From positions 1 to 25,662 of the forward strand of contig CAXIUT010000212.1 in NCBI GenBank assembly GCA_964035545.1: 25,662 bases of DNA, written 5' to 3'. Positions 24,461 through 25,662 of the stretch are shown piece by piece. A model generated the notes under the pieces. The model saw only the letters and a list, made by a program, of their open reading frames with translations, was not told the DNA's origin and did no database searches. A program made the position numbers and the translations under genes. Within the stretch, counting starts at the first letter, position 1. Each line of letters begins with the position of its first letter. Origin of the DNA: Bugula neritina (lineage: Eukaryota > Animalia > Bryozoa).

Positions 24461-25541
24461 AAGCCTAAGTTGATAAAAATGATAGAAATAAATAAGATAG
24501 ATAGAGGTCTAGGTCTAGAGATAGAGAAGGTATTGAAAGTACTCATAAGGATCCTAAAATTAAAATAGAATAGACTAATGTTAATAGTCGTAAAGCAAGA
24601 CTTGAAGCAATGAAAAAAGCAAGACAACAATAATAAAATCAATAACAAAAACCATAGTAAGTATAAATCATAGTTAAACTTTAATAACCATAAAAAAAAA
24701 TATAAAAACCTCGATTAATTGAACAATAAAAACAATAAAAACAAAAAATCTAAACAAAACAATAAAACATCCAAAACCAATAAAATTCTTAATAATAAGA
24801 ATAAGAATAATAAGACCCAGCAAATCTAAATATTATTAGGAAGCCAATATTCATATCAAAAGAATATCGAGAATCAAATGAAAATATGTAGGACTAATTA
24901 AAATAATAGCAAAGAAAAAGAAAAAACATAAGATATACTACTAAAATGCTTCTAGAACAACAAAAATATGAAGATTCTTAAGAATAAAATTAACTATCTG
25001 ATTCGTAAAATTAAAATAATCCCAACGGAATCAATGATGATGATACTGCAGATTAATAACTACAGTTTTAGTTATGGAAAATAAGATAACTTAATAGAAT
25101 CAGACACTCTCTAGAATAAAAAAGAAAACATTAAATGGATAAAGCCTAATTATAAAGAAGAAGACAAATGAACAACGAAGCCATCCTTATCTAAAATAAA
25201 CGACTAGGGTCTGATGCTACTGAAGGATAAACTTAAACCAAATATACCTTTATGCAAAAATACTATCACAAAGGAGCCTTTTATCAAGATAGCTAAGATT
25301 AAGTATTCAAAAGAGATTATAACTTGCCAACTCCTATGGAAATGCAAGATAAAAGCTTATTACCATAAATATTGCAGAAAAGAGTAGGTAATTTTGAAAG
25401 AAAGGACAAAGTAAACATACTCACTTGACTGCTTAAGATACCAGTGATCTTAACCCTTTGACCAGACCTGACTAAAGCTTGCTTTAATATTGGAAGAAAA
25501 GAACAGCAGGATATAAAGGATCAAGAGGTAGAAATGTTTGA
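24460..25541 (+). CDS. MFAP1: MFAP1/Spp381-like spliceosomal protein, 5'-truncated at the tract; probable 1-nt deletion near 25396
   Basis: Poly-Glu run then RKPIFISK, FELWKIRELNRI, KYTFMQKYYHKGAFYQD, DKSLLPEILQ and KKGQSKHTHLTAEDT. The frame is open right up to the tract. Confidence 0.88.
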
Positions 25542-25599
25542 ATAATGTTATTCGTATAAACTCAATCATTTATTTCATTATATTTGATAATAAAATATA

Positions 25600-25662
25600 G
25601 GGGTTGGGGTTGGGGTTGGGGTTGGGGTTGGGGTTGGGGTTGGGGTTGGGGTTGGGGTTGGG
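25600..25662 (+). repeat. Right telomere (GGGGTT)n
   Basis: Perfect array at the window end, terminating ...TTGGG. Confidence 0.98.

Noticed and set aside
16975-24648. ORF-track proteins with GWGWGW, PTPTPT, GVGVGV and PNPNPN repeats
   Set aside because: These are translations of telomeric repeats under the wrong genetic code, not independent genes.
2095-25400. Programmed ribosomal frameshifting (Euplotes-like) at frame breaks in the HutG-like (~2102), ZIP (~16890), G-patch (~24050-24212) and MFAP1 (~25396) genes
   Set aside because: Breaks go in both directions, mostly lie in short homopolymers and share no motif. G5 variants in the 24378 tract point to long-read indel errors. Short-read polishing would confirm this.
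148-25541. Standard ciliate code (TAR=Gln), or a pseudogene interpretation of in-frame TAA/TAG
   Set aside because: TAA and TAG fall at conserved Glu positions and are absent from the poly-Gln repeat, and the genes are otherwise intact.
23540-25541. Functional cluster of two splicing factors (GPKOW-like and MFAP1)
   Set aside because: They are separated by a telomere junction with MFAP1 5'-truncated, so the adjacency is probably not native.
1-25662. CRISPR array, tRNA, rRNA or telomerase RNA
   Set aside because: No repeat-spacer structure or recognisable RNA gene seen by eye, and the telomeric tracts are far longer than a template region.

Overview
AT-rich ciliate macronuclear DNA with (CCCCAA)n at the left end and (GGGGTT)n at the right end. 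The supplied standard-code ORF track is misleading. Conserved motifs show that TAA and TAG both encode Glu and TGA is the only stop (peritrich-type code, NCBI table 30), and genes carry tiny GT-AG introns, mostly 20 nt. Bases 1-17072 form a complete telomere-to-telomere minichromosome of about 17 kb with about 13 densely packed genes. These include an EF-hand protein, a formimidoylglutamase-like enzyme, a RING protein, BAP31, a UBX protein, a TRP-like channel, an SRP M-domain/mL105-like protein, Der/EngA and a ZIP transporter. Four further segments follow head-to-tail (17073-19719, 19720-20738, 20739-24460, 24461-25662). Each lacks a left telomere, three begin inside an open reading frame, and each ends in a G-strand telomere. 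Five of the six tracts stop at the same ...TTGGG register, which suggests serial template jumping from chromosome ends (amplification or assembly chimera, or in vivo fusion) and a defined C-strand 5' terminus. Several genes have single-base indels that are probably read errors. All translations were done by eye, so boundaries are approximate where noted.
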